Assembly (NCBI RefSeq): GCF_001194135.2
Contig: NC_068983.1
Coordinates: 103,090,299-103,150,967, forward strand
Length of the DNA stretch: 60,669 nucleotides
Source: Octopus bimaculoides
Lineage: Eukaryota
Direction: 5' to 3'
The position numbers and the translations under genes are program-made. Under the pieces are notes generated by a model. It was not told the DNA's origin and did no database searches. It was given only the letters and a program-made list of their open reading frames with translations. Of this stretch, positions 11,658 through 24,264 are shown piece after piece; the stretch's first letter is position 1; each line of letters starts with the position of its first letter.

Positions 11658-12774
11658 GTCGTAGTTTGCTTTGAAGAGATACGCTTTATTAAGTAGGTGG
11701 ATGGGTGGATAGTGGGCAAATGGCTAAGTGGGGCAAATTGAATAATTTCTGATTTATTTTCTCCCTACGTGTTTGAAACCGTTTATATTGTAAATATTGC
11801 AGTCATTATTTTGTATTGTTGCATCATCTTTGGAAGTAAAAATTAGTCAGCATAGATGTTACTAAAGCTGAGCTTGAAACAGGTACTTTTTATTTTTCAA
11901 GAAAATTTCCCCCAAAATTCGACTCTATTGTAATTGAGGTTGCTAATAAAATATCTGGATAAGTTTTGGTGTTTAACAATGAAAATTCTTTTCTCTGTTG
12001 GATTCCAAATCAATTTTTTCCCACGCTATTATCTAATTTTATAATTTCAATTCAAAAAAAAAAAAAAAAAAAAGAGAGGAAGTCTTAAGTGGGGCATAAT
12101 GAGTAATATTCAGTTTCAATAATTCCTTATTTTAACTGCATGGTGCATAAATATAGCAGAATAAGAACCATTCAATCAGATCATGAAGAAGCTATTGAGT
12201 ATATATTTTTTGCATCTCTGATCTTTCTGATATCTGAGGATGGATATTGATGTGTATGAATCTTTTTTCAAATGTAATCCAGGAGTATTGAAGAAGCAAA
12301 TTTACCTTACTTTGTCTTACTTATTTTGCCCCATCTAAATTTTTTTTTTTAATTTTTACTTGCTCATAAAGAACGGAGATAATTTCCTGAATATGTTATA
12401 GTGTATTTAGAGAAGGTAATTTGTTTAGCGGATAGAGTTTCTGTAAAGATTTTTATTTTCTCAAAGTAAATATTACTCACCCAGAATAAATTTTCTCCCG
12501 GGATTACTTAATAAAAAAGATATTTTTGTGTTTTTGTTCATTTTTATTAACAAAAGATTTTAGAATACTTAACACCCAGGTGTACAATCTATCTGAAGGT
12601 GACACTACTAATTTAAATTATTGCCAAAGGTTGAAAGTCTCAACATCTCAACATACCCTCTGTCATTTAAACTACATTAGAATAATGTTATTCAACAGGA
12701 CATTTGCAACAATACTTTGGGAAAGAGTCATAAATCTTTCTGGGACTTCCGAACGAACTTTCAAGAACAGTAAG

Positions 12775-12969
12775 ATCGAGAATTAATATATAAAACTTCG
12801 CTGCATTCATAAGAACATGATGTCATTGCATACACAGAGAAGAGCAAATTAAACTAATTCTTTTCGAAATATTAAACTATAAAGAATTAATTAAGTTTGC
12901 TCTTCTCTCTGTATGCAATGATGTCATGTTCTTATGAATGCAGAGAAGTTTTATTTATTAACTCTCGAT
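12775..12969. repeat. Foldback palindrome/MITE with arms of about 90 bp
   Basis: 12775-12865 is the reverse complement of 12882-12969 with few mismatches. Confidence 0.85.
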
Positions 12970-12995
12970 TTTCTTCCTCTTCAAAACAAATGAAA

Positions 12996-13474
12996 TTAAT
13001 GGATGTTTCCATTTTTTCTCAAATGAATCATCAGTAGTTGCAGTTCATATTCTAATTGGTTTAGAAACATTTTCTTTGAATTTTCCCCTGGAATAATTGC
13101 CGCGGTGTTTTTCGAATTCATATGCAGTCGTGTCCTAACTTTTCGAGAAATCTCACTTTCGTTGTATCTGTTGCTCACGGGATGTCTGCGGCGTTGGCGG
13201 TGGTATTGATGTGTAAGTTTGGACGACATATCTCCATTTAACAACTTCATGGTAACATATTTCATCACAGTTGTTTCTGTTGGATGATATAAGCGGCTTA
13301 ATACGAGAAGCTGGCGTATAGTCAGTTCTTTTTTTAGACTTTCAACTGACTGGGGATGTTTCTTTACCAGAAGTCGTTCATAATGTTTGCGGTCTAGAAC
13401 GAGTAATTCTACTTCGCCAGCTACTGTTGTTGTGTCCAGATGTTTCCTGGTGTCCAGTACTATTTCCAGGGAAC
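12996..13474 (-). CDS. CNBD2-like gene, probable last coding exon (end of CNB domain 2 and C-terminal tail)
   Basis: Acceptor ...cccacttacatag|GT TCC; reads GSLEIVLDTRKHLDTTTVAGEVELLVLDRKHYERLLVKKHPQ...NGNIH*, stop TAA at 12996-12998. Confidence 0.8.
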
Positions 13475-13590
13475 CTATGTAAGTGGGAGAGATAAAAAGA
13501 GTGTAAAATAAAATATAATGATACATTACACACTAGTGTAAAGAAACTACTTAACCTTTAGAAATTATTTAAAACGTACAAGAAAATCCA

Positions 13591-13638
<48 letters not shown>

Positions 13639-15463
13639 CGTGCGTGCGTGCGTGTGTAAAGAGATTTATGGGTGATTAAACTGATTTTGATATCTTGAAC
13701 TTCGTAATTGCTTATTTGACGTTCGTAAAATCGATTTTGTTTTCGTTCCAATTTCACTTCAGCTCGATTAGCATATCTTGTGGACGCCCTGCCGCTCCTC
13801 GTTTCATTGTAAATCCCAACGAAATACTTACAGATCAGCCGATGATTAACGGAAGGCATACGGTTATGATACTGGCTCAGTCTTTGTCAGATTCAGCAAG
13901 TTGTATTGCTTGGTTTGCCCACCGTAGATTGTTGAAGAATTTTCACCTGTGCCCAAGGCGAAACTTTATTTAAAATAAGTCAAACAATTTTCCTCCCTTT
14001 TTATTCACTGTTCGCAGAGTATACAACTGATATTTATGAAATGTTTTATTGAAATAAACTTTATGGATCACTATGATTTTACGAACGTCAAATAGGAAAT
14101 TACCCTTCAAATATTTATTTTATAAGTTCTAGAGAATGAAATACAAACTGATTCAAGTGTTAGCATGAATTCAGAGTATTTCCTTTCCGAACTAGATATA
14201 CACTACAAACAACTGGTATATAAAATCAGGCTCAAGCTGGAGACTAAAACAGTTTGATCCATAAAATATCCCCTACACTTGTTTTAATTATCCTATACAA
14301 GTATTTTTTAAATGTTAGCCTCAGAGAATAAAGAAATAATATAAGCTAAATTTGTCAACCTTAAACTTAACGATGCTTGTTTTCGGGTGAAGATAGTAAG
14401 AAAACTAAAGCAGCTTGTGTATATCAAAGATTCTGATGACATCGCTATAGAAACAGATACATTTAATCTCCTTGTTCACTCAGTCATGTCATAATTATTT
14501 TACCCACACTCTCCTCTTCGGATTGAAACAAAATGGTCTTGGGTTAGAAGGAGCACAACTCTTCAATATCAGCTCTCAGAAAAAAAAAAAAAAAAAGGAA
14601 AAGCATTTGTATTGAGCAGCTATCAACAAATTCAAACTAGTCTTTGGCAAGCTAAAATGTAAGATTTACATAACACAAATGAGGTTACTGTCAGATGAGG
14701 TTAGTGGTATGAAATTCTTTTATTCACTAAATACCAAGGGCAGTGGAAAGGCTGCAACAACATAAATAGTTGTGCCCCAACATGACCAAACTTCAGAATC
14801 TGGAACAAGCAAATAAATATAAATTAATTTTAATTATTTTTTTTTCTTTTACTTATTTCAGTCGCTGGACTGCAGCCCTGCTGGGGAACCATTACGTTTT
14901 TCATGCATAATTATAGACACAACAATTTCTAAGATCTCACCAATGTGTTCGTTGGAACTAAGAAGTGATATTTTCTGCACTCTGGAACGTCGCTGTCTGT
15001 TGTGGTGGGCTGTCTTACCATTTGATCTGTTTCTGAAGATATAATGTAGATATAATTAGGCAAGCGCACGCACTCAAGCAGCCCCCTCCCCCCGATTTAC
15101 TAGAGTACCAAAACTGATGGTAATGAAAAGAAAGCATCGTAATCAACTGAATAATAAGTTTCACGAACTGTAATTAAACTAGTGTTAACATGTTTTATGA
15201 ATTATATTAACCTGGTGAATGAAGTAAGCAGTAAAATGCTAAAGAGAAATAATTATATGGTAAAGAAAAGACAATACCAGAAAATAACTAATGTTATTTT
15301 AAACATTCAAGTAAGTACGGGAAAAAATTCTGGACATGACTCAACCATAACTTGCCAGCGTATAAGACACACGTTTTTATTTTTATATTTTATTAAAAAC
15401 ATTTTTAAATAGTATATCCTTGCGAGAGGTAAACAAACTTTTTTAAACAGCTAGTCGTGCTAC

Positions 15464-15506
15464 TTCAGGCTGATGACGAACAAAGACTCGGAAACATGTC
15501 CCTGAA
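15464..15506 (+). ncRNA. Minimal type I hammerhead ribozyme motif
   Basis: TTCAGG-CTGATGA-CGA(acaaagac)TCG-GAAAC-AT-GTC-CCTGAA: intact core, 6-bp stem I, 3-bp stem II, palindromic ACATGT stem III, GUC cleavage site. Confidence 0.65.
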
Positions 15507-16509
15507 TGCAGGCTAAGTTGGGTGGAGGAGTTTGTCTCCCCCTCGCAAGGATAAGGACACAGGAAATGTGTCAAGGCCTAATAGGAAGCGGTTCAGCTTC
15601 CTAGGGCTAAATAGCAGTAGTATATTCCCTTATTGGGACTGTCACGTTAAGTTGGCAGTATACAACTATTTTTTAATGCCCTACTTCTAATACGGTTGCA
15701 TTACAACTGGGAGACCGAGCATCACAGCCGCCTTAGCAGCATTATAGTTACAAATACATGCACTGGTCCCAGTGGCGGTTAGTAGATAAAATTAATTGGG
15801 GTGCTGCTTCAGAAAATTTTAGCCGTTATTTTAATATTGTGTAAAAGGAAACAAACATATAAAAAGATCTGATCCTACCAATTTTCTTTATCTATCTATC
15901 TACCTATCTAAATACTCACCCCCCCCCACACACACACACACACAGTGCTCTCTCTCCCTAGCGTGAAGCTTCCTATCTCGGACATGTGAGCATGCGCACA
16001 ACAGCCAAACACCGCGTCGCTAGAACTGTGAGGTGCACAGTTCTATACAAGGATTTTTGTATTTTTTTCATAAACTATGGGATGGCTACTGACATTAAGC
16101 TTAAGGATTATATAATGTACAAGTATAAAGAAAGAATTAAAGATAAAAGGACTCATTATATTGAATGTTATCGATAGGGGGTGCTGAAGTTCCTCAGTGC
16201 TTATACACGATCCGCCACTGACTAGGCCCTATAGTATCAAATCACAGCATAGATGAGAATTGGGTCGTTAGACATGCGAGAAACCCGGGCCTACCGAATG
16301 CTGTATGCTAAGGTGCAGGATAAGCTTAAGTCCGCTAGGTACAATAATTATTATTAATAACAGAATATTGAAAACAAGTCAGATTATCAGTGTGTTAGCG
16401 CAAACTTACGAAAAATTACATACGGTACGCCGACAGTTATGCGGAGATGTCGCATCATCTCATTTAACCTCCTTTTCTTCCATTACCTACACCTGATATA
16501 TGTCATACA

Positions 16510-16585
16510 CAAGGCCGGCTCATGGTATCGGCAATTCGGGTAGTTCAGCTTGTCCGGGGCGCTAGCAACCCTAGGGCCGGCCCTG
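16510..16585. mobile_element. 76-bp hAT-type mini-MITE
   Basis: TIR caaggccggc / gccggccctg; 8-bp TSD gtcataca / gtcttaca. Confidence 0.7.
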
Positions 16586-17269
16586 GTCTTACATTATTCA
16601 ATGACCATGTTACATTTAAGAAATATTATCTAAAGGAATGTTAAACTTTTATCCGTCTACCAGCTATTTGTAATGAATGGACGACGACAAAACCATAGCG
16701 GTTGTGCACTACCCTGGTGGCCAATCGCAGAAACACTAAACATCATCACCAAAAATACAACTTTTACAACACTCCTGATGAAAATATAAACAACTATACA
16801 GTTGATCTGAAAGAAGATAAAATTGAAATCGGTTCTTATATAACGTAGATTATCTACGATAAATTTATTGTGTCATACTTTATAGACTTTTGAAGAACCA
16901 TAAATACTAGAACGTTCTCTCATATGCAGCTCATGAGGGAACCGTCTGCTTTGGAAATTTCGGCGAAAGCAAATGCCATTGTTCTTGATAACAGCAATGC
17001 ATTTGAATGCATCTGTTACAAGAATATCTTTGTTAAATTGCAGTCGAAGGTCCAGAAGTTTACTATTAAACTGAACCATTGGAGTGTGCGCTGATCACGT
17101 GCTCTTTTTCCATTTTGGTGTTCTCGAAGGATCGATTATGTTGCCCACACACATTTTTCTGTACATTAACGATCTACTCAGTGTCATTTCAAACAATATT
17201 CACTTCTAGATATTTGTGATGACTGTCGTAGACACAGATGTGGGTTTTGTAATTTCTTGCTGAACAACC

Positions 17270-17511
17270 TGCACAGATAAAGTTACAGTGATAAATTGTT
17301 TGTGCTGTACATTAATTCAGTGCCTCGTATCAAATCAACATTACCTGTGAAGGTGCAGGTTGTGCCATACGTCAGATGTCGAAGTGATCGTAGAGTAACG
17401 TGAAATGAGGTGCTTTGCTCAAGAGCACAATGCACCGTGCGGTCCAGGAATCGAACCCACTATCTCACAATCGTGAATGCAACACCCTAATAACTAGACA
17501 ACGCGCCTTCA
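17270..17511 (-). mobile_element. tRNA-derived SINE (family D)
   Basis: Shares gtgaaatgaggtgctttgctcaag...aatcgaacccac...caacaccctaa with the copies at 19225, 23745 and 57777. Confidence 0.7.
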
Positions 17512-17967
17512 CTATAGGAGTCCCACTTTCATATCTATGACTTCCACTGCGGTACTCCTCTCATTGGAATACTGTGGCCCCATTGGAATACTGCTCGTAT
17601 GTCTGTGACCTCCACTGCATCTATGTCAATGATCTTTATTGGAGAATTGCCTACTTATCTGGGGTGATACTACAGCTACATATGCAAACAAATCAGATGA
17701 TATCCAAAAGAAAGCAAGAATACTGATAGGCAAAATATCCAACAGTAATGCATAATTCTTCTTGCTCATGAACATACTATCTCTCCTCTCTGTTTCTTCT
17801 GCTACAATAATATCCATTTATATATTCATACTTAAATCCATAAATCTAGTCATACATACAACCACTTACATATATGCGTAAGTACATAAATTGATGTACT
17901 CATGTATACATTTAAAATACGCTCACATACATACTTCCATACATAAATACATACATACATACATACA

Positions 17968-18231
17968 TGTTTGGACGCGAATGTGGTTAGAAAAATACAC
18001 GAGAAAGAGGATATCTATGGACCATTGATAAGGAGTTTGCAAATCCAATACCCAAGATGCATTTTCATCTTTATACCTTTTATTATTGGGGCAACGGGAT
18101 ACATATAATCCTATCTAGAGCAAAGTATGACGACTCAGAATCTTGGTTAGCAAATCAGTTCCTTAATTCATATACTGCAAATGATCACGATATCTGGCAC
18201 TATAAAAATCTGCAAAGATCTTCTTAAGATT
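17968..18231 (+). pseudogene. C-terminus of an R4/Dong-like REL-endonuclease retrotransposon ORF
   Basis: DANVVRKIHEKEDIYGPLIRSLQIQYPRCIFIFIPFIIGATGYI*...LQMITISGTIKICKDLL, with two in-frame stops. Confidence 0.55.
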
Positions 18232-18391
18232 TAAAGGATGATGGTTAAAATAAGATACTTTCCTTCACAACTTTACTACCAAGTAGGTGACCGGTCAAAA
18301 TTTACTCTAAATTAATAAGACAAAGAGAACATACATACATACATACATACATACGTGCATACAGATATGTGTATCTGTGTATGTATATATG

Positions 18392-18556
18392 CAGAGCCGG
18401 CCCTAGGGTTGCTGGCGCTCCGGGCAAGCTGAACTTCGGCGTGTACAGGCTGACGGTCGTGGAAATTTCCTTGTCTTTGTCACGCCCTCCTTGGCGCCCC
18501 CTAGCACATGGTGCCCCAGGCGACTGCTCGATTGCCGGTACCTTGAACCGGCCCTT
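18392..18556. mobile_element. hAT-type MITE (CAGGGCCGGCC-type TIR)
   Basis: cagagccggccctaggg...gaaccggccct; flanks tatatatg / tatatata; same ends as 16510-16585. Confidence 0.65.
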
Positions 18557-19224
18557 TATATATATATGTACTTACATACTTATATTCACGCAGCATATGT
18601 GACGAATCAGTTGATATCTAAATTCAATGAAAAAGTTCTGTTTCTAGGTTAGAAACAATTTTTCTCCATTGCTAAGAAATTAAAAAATAAAACCAGGAAA
18701 CGTGCACACGCACACACACACATACACAATCACATACATTCATACAAACATGTGAGCATGTGATTGCGTGTATGTGTCTGTGTGTGTGTGCACGGTGGTA
18801 GCGAAACCTTATGGTAAAGCAACCTTGAACACTATTTTATAAAAAGAACGCCATATGTTGAAATGACGTCACACTGAGTTTATAAATATTGAAGAGGAAA
18901 AATATAAGTAGCAAATAAAAATAGTTTAGAAATCTATTAATAGTACACTCTACCAACTCATAACAATATATTTCACTCCCTTTCATTAATTCAGTTAAAC
19001 TCACAATTTTAATCATCACGCAAACCGACCGGACTAGGAATCACTTGAAAGACTAACACTCGGCTTTTATTTGACTGACTTTTGTTTAAACAACTTCATA
19101 TATCTCCAATCCGCCACCGCACTCCTACATACACCCATACAAGCTAATATAAAACACTACCTGCATCAAAGCTCAAGGAAAAATAGAAAGAATCAGAGGT
19201 TCTTCCCGAACCATAAGCTCATAA

Positions 19225-19437
19225 GGCCAGTTTCCCAGATACTGAGGTGTATATCTTCCCCACCTGGACGGGACACCAGTCCGTCGCAGGATCATTCCAT
19301 TTTGTCGGCAGAGTGGACTGGATCAATGTGAAATGAAGTGTTTTGATCAAAAACATAGCACATTGCCCGGTCCAGGAATCGAAACCACAATCTTACGAAC
19401 ATGAGTGCAACACCCTAATTATTAAGCTACGTGCCTC
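19225..19437 (-). mobile_element. tRNA-derived SINE sharing the family D head
   Basis: Head gtgaaatgaagtgttttgatc...ggaatcgaaaccac...caacaccctaa joined to a different body (gacgggacaccagtccgtcgca). Confidence 0.6.
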
Positions 19438-19784
19438 TACTACTGCCTATATATTAACTACAGTTACCCAAAATCCATCCACTACTACACGCGCGTGCAC
19501 ACGCACGCACGCACATACACTCGCACACACACAGACACAGACAGACAACGCTCTGATATTTTCCACCTCGAATGAAACTACTACCGGTCATTGTGAGTCC
19601 TTGAAACTGGATACCACGAACGGTTGGAACTGTTAAATCGCTGCTGTCCCCCATCGACATCGTGAAGTGGAAAAAAATAGTGTCTAGACTATCACAAGTA
19701 ATCAGTGACTCTATGCAACAATATCATCACTGATTAATGTCATTCACCTTTTTTTCTCATTTTAGAGCAACTTTATGTCTGGAG

Positions 19785-20347
19785 ACAGCTCAAAGAAGCC
19801 CTCTATCCTGACTATTTGGCTCTTACCGTGAAGCATGGTGGTGGCTCTGTGATGATTTGACCAGCTATATCAGAGAATTCTCTTGCTTCTTTATTTGTTC
19901 TACATGGCACAGTTAACGCCAAGTATTATCTAAATATTTTGGATGTTTATGTCCACCCTATAGTACAAACACTGTTCCCTGATTATAGCGCAATATTCCA
20001 GAACATTACTGCTCCAATTCGCATGACTAATGTGATTTAAAACTGGTATGAAAAACATAAAAAGTGAAGTAGACCACTTGGGTTGGTCTTCACAATCACT
20101 GGATCTCAATATAATCAAACATTTATGGTGCATTTTGGAGCAGCAAGTGAGGAGACGCTCTCTTCCACTATCGTCGCAGAAAGTTCTAAAACAGGTATTA
20201 GTTAAAGAAAGACTCAATATTCACCCAACAACACTTCAGAAGCTCTTCGAGTCAATCCCTCGACATATCAAAAGCTGTGGTCGATGCTAAAGGTGGCCCA
20301 ACCCCATAGTAAATAAATCTTCTATATAGTAAGGTGTTTCCATTTTG
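19785..20347 (+). pseudogene. Tc1-like (DD34E) transposase remnant, 3' half
   Basis: TVKHGGGSVMI*...IFQNITAPI...WSSQSLDLNIIKHLW...AVVDAKGGPTPY*, with stops and frameshifts. Confidence 0.8.
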
Positions 20348-21026
20348 CGCTACCGCTGCGCGCGCNNNNNNNNNNNNNNNNNNNNNNNNNNNNNNNNNNN
20401 NNNNNNNNNNNNNNNNNNNNNNNNNNNNNNNNNNNNNNNNNNNNNNNNNNNNNNNNNNNNNNNNNNNNNNNNNNNNNNNNNNNNNNNNNNNNNNNNNNNN
20501 NNNNNNNNNNNNNNNNNNNNNNNNNNNNNNNNNNNNNNNNNNNNNNNNNNNNNNNNNNNNNNNNNNNNNNNNNNNNNNNNNNNNNNNNNNNNNNNNNNNN
20601 NNNNNNNNNNNNNNNNNNNNNNNNNNNNNNNNNNNNNNNNNNNNNNNNNNNNNNNNNNNNNNNNNNNNNNNNNNNNNNNNNNNNNNNNNNNNNNNNNNNN
20701 NNNNNNNNNNNNNNNNNNNNNNNNNNNNNNNNNNNNNNNNNNNNNNNNNNNNNNNNNNNNNNNNNNNNNNNNNNNNNNNNNNNNNNNNNNNNNNNNNNNN
20801 NNNNNNNNNNNNNNNNNNNNNNNNNNNNNNNNNNNNNNNNNNNNNNNNNNNNNNNNNNNNNNNNNNNNNNNNNNNNNNNNNNNNNNNNNNNNNNNNNNNN
20901 NNNNNNNNNNNNNNNNNNNNNNNNNNNNNNNNNNNNNNNNNNNNNNNNNNNNNNNNNNNNNNNNNNNNNNNNNNNNNNNNNNNNNNNNNNNNNNNNNNNN
21001 NNNNNNNNNNNNNNNNNNNNNNNNNN

Positions 21027-21097
<71 letters not shown>

Positions 21098-21653
21098 ACA
21101 TGTTTATATGAATAAATATATGTGCATGTATTATGTGCATACCTATTGACATGCATACACACTCATATATACATGAATGTGGTGTGTAGATGTGTGGATT
21201 TGTATAGTTGTGTGTGCGTGCGTGTGCGCTATGAGGGAGAATGTGTGGGCGTAGGTATCTGTATGATCTGTATGAATATCAGGTATACATATAGTTAACT
21301 AGATATGTGCGTATATATATATATGTATGTAACTATATGAAACATATGTATGTATGTATGCATGCATGTATGTATGCATGCATGTATGTATGTACGTACG
21401 TACGCACGTACGTATGTGTGTATATCTGCTTGTGTTGAGCGTGTGGGGAATTGTGTATGCCTGACCATTCATTTATCATTGACTTTGAAAGCAGACTTAA
21501 GGGATGCCTGTGTAGACTTGCTTTAAAGTAGGCGATAGATAACGAGACCGAAGCAGCGAGATAAGAACAAGTTGCAGACAAGTAAACAGATTTAAGTCAC
21601 TCCTTATCAGATTGTCAATTTATCCCGCAATTATTTCTTCACTTATATCTTAC

Positions 21654-21752
21654 GTTGATATTAGTTCGGCAAAATTCGATTCTATTTCTGTCCATAACTC
21701 CGGTTGTTGAGATTTATGAAGCGATAAATCCATTGAAACTTCCACTTCGCCT
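21654..21752 (-). CDS. CNBD2-like gene, internal exon (CNB domain 2)
   Basis: ctttattttcag|A GGC GAA GTG...TCA AC|gtaaga; 99 nt; GEVEVSMDLSLHKSQQPELWTEIESNFAELIS; in phase with the exon at 24265-24571. Confidence 0.85.
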
Positions 21753-22912
21753 CTGAAAATAAAGTTAGATAAATAAATTGATATTTTCTGTTTGTTTGCT
21801 TGCGTCTTAGTTTAAGCCTGAAGTCAGCCTTTATTATTGATAAAATCAATCAACAGAATCCTAATCGTAACCATCTCGCCTTTACATTTTATTTTCCTCG
21901 TGTTAAATATATCTAGGATTACATTATTTAACGTGTCATTCATTCTTTCCCTTTTTTAAAGATGATAGTTTGCGATTTGAAAGATATTTGGCTGCTGTTT
22001 CCAGCCGTCGGATTTGCTCTCACTGCACGGTATTTGAGATAAATGCATTTTCTACTATGCTATGCTATGTCACCGGCATTTAGTTCCTTGAAGTCGTAGG
22101 GGCGTCGTCGAAACGTACGGCATGCCTTAGGTATTTTAGAATTAGTGGAGTTCGTCCCCCTCATGATCTAATCACAATCGAATTCTTCCAGAAGAAGAGA
22201 AAGGGACAGACTCTCCGAAAGAAAGAATTAGAGAAAGAGAAGAATCAATCCCATTCAAGATTGGTATTTTATTTATCGATCCCTAAATTAAGAAAGAGCA
22301 AAATGCGTCAGTTAATGCATTACTCACTGTTCGCTATGTATCAGAGATGACAGGTTTCGTCTAGGCATGTAATAGCAGGATACGTCATTGATAAGCCTCA
22401 AGAAGGACGAGACACATCTGGCATTCCTGTGAGTCACTGCTGGGATGATGTTTGTCTCGATCCGATATATATTATATTTTTAACACACCCTATTTATAAA
22501 GAGATGTTCTTTCATATAAACCCCACAGCATCATACCTGTCAATGATGTATATACATTAAGTATGATATATAAATGACTATTTTAATTTAATGCTGTTCA
22601 ATTGCGTGCACCTAGTTCCACTTATATTAAGTTACTGTTTGAGCCCTAAGGTTAATGGCATTGTTTGGTGCAAATCTTAGAATCTTAGCCAAGGAAAAGT
22701 CTCAAAATTGAAATTTCAGAGAGGCCGAAAGTTAGAGATACGTCTACATGTTAGGTATATGTAACGAGTCTATATAGTCTGTATATATAGTCTTTCTCTA
22801 CAGAGATAAACAAAGTAGACTCGCCAACATCGACCTGCTAAGAATAGAAGCCAAATCAATCTCAAATCATATACCGTCATCAAAGTGGTACATCACATTA
22901 TCGTGTTTTAGA

Positions 22913-23000
22913 TCAGCGGTTCTCAACTTTTTTCTGCATCACGGACAGGTTTCATGCGATACAGTTTTTCTTTTTCGCGGACCAGGGGATCATACGCATG
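22913..23000. mobile_element. hAT-type MITE end fragment
   Basis: cagcggttctcaactttttt resembles the hAT MITE terminus at 29103; no matching right end was found. Confidence 0.35.
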
Positions 23001-23744
23001 ACAAAACTCAATAAAGTGCATAATATATGGAGTGAGCGTATGCTTTTGATCACTAAAACAAATCATTTGTGCAGGTTGTCCAGCAAAAACTGAACACTGA
23101 TACATTGTCTTCGACAGAAGATTCCATCATATGATTTAATTATTACATATATAATACATTACATATATAATACATTACATATATAATACATTATTATATA
23201 TGATAATTATTACATATACAGTATAATACATATATAATGCATAAACACCCAGCAGACTGCAATAATCAATAAAATAGAAATAAAACTTTAGAAAGTATTC
23301 TTTCGGTGTGGGCCGGTGGTTGGGGCTTCTGTGCTAGATATACCATGTCTGTAAAAAGAACTGGAGGGTCACATCTCGAACACCTTCCATTATGGATTTG
23401 CTCGATCAGTGGTGCTAATCTATCGCTTGCTTTAACACTACTTCCTGATCCGTGTTTAGATGTCTTTAGCGGAGTCTACTCGGCTGCAAGCATTAAAGTT
23501 AGGTCTCCTGTCTTGATGATATTCCCTTCCTTTTCTTTCCACATTTCTCGGAGGCTCTGAAGAAGTGTCATGGACGCTCCTTTTCATCTTCACAAAAATC
23601 CTCAACAATAACTACTACTAGTGCTGCTACTACTTCTGCTGCTGAAATCATATCATGTATCTGGTTAGTAGGTAGTCTGTTGAGTCTGAGAAAGACGATT
23701 ACGTAATTTCTTTGCTGAAAGACCAGCACAGATGACTAATTTAT

Positions 23745-23973
23745 AGTGACCAAATGTTTGTGCTGTACACTAGCTCAACCCCCTCCCATCAAATCGACAT
23801 TGCTTGTACAGATACACCGTGTGGCACGTCAAATCTATCAGTGATCGCAGAGCAACGTGAAATGAAATGCTTTGCGCAAGACCACACACAACGTACCTCC
23901 CAGTCCGGGGTTCGAATATACGATCTCGCGGTCGTGAGTGCAACACCTTAACCACTAAGACACGCACTTTCAC
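23745..23973 (-). mobile_element. tRNA-derived SINE (family D)
   Basis: Head and body match the copies at 17270 and 57777. Confidence 0.7.
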
Positions 23974-24264
23974 GTCCTGTATCTACAGTGATTCAAAAGG
24001 GGAAGAAACACACTCGTAGTGGAAATAATGCTATCCTCTCTTTATGGATTGTTTACCGGGTCAGTTGACGCATCCTCGTTAATTGCCTTGTCAGAAGAAC
24101 AACTCAACCAGTCGCAGTGACTTGAGAATAAGTCAGTTAAATATAAAGTATTCCTAGCATTCCTGATACGAAGTCGAGACCCAGTGATTAATCCAGTCGG
24201 CCATTGTGTGTCTATTAAACTACAGAAAAATAATTGCTATAAACATAAGCTATAAAGTACTTAC

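Noticed and set aside
11720-12335. tggggcaaa / ttgcccca inverted ends
   Set aside because: A possible old DNA transposon, but the ends are short and there is no TSD or coding trace.
14504-14574. Phase-compatible candidate for the missing CNBD exon (ADIEELCSF*PKTILFQSEEESVG)
   Set aside because: In-frame TAA, a rare GAG acceptor and poor motif spacing; rescue by double editing would be special pleading.
22050-22490. Exon-like minus-strand stretches (RRRPYDFKELNAG; GCVKNIIY)
   Set aside because: The splice phases do not fit the flanking exons, and stops intervene.
23290-23590. Possible LINE endonuclease remnant on the minus strand (NIIKTGDL)
   Set aside because: Only one weak motif.
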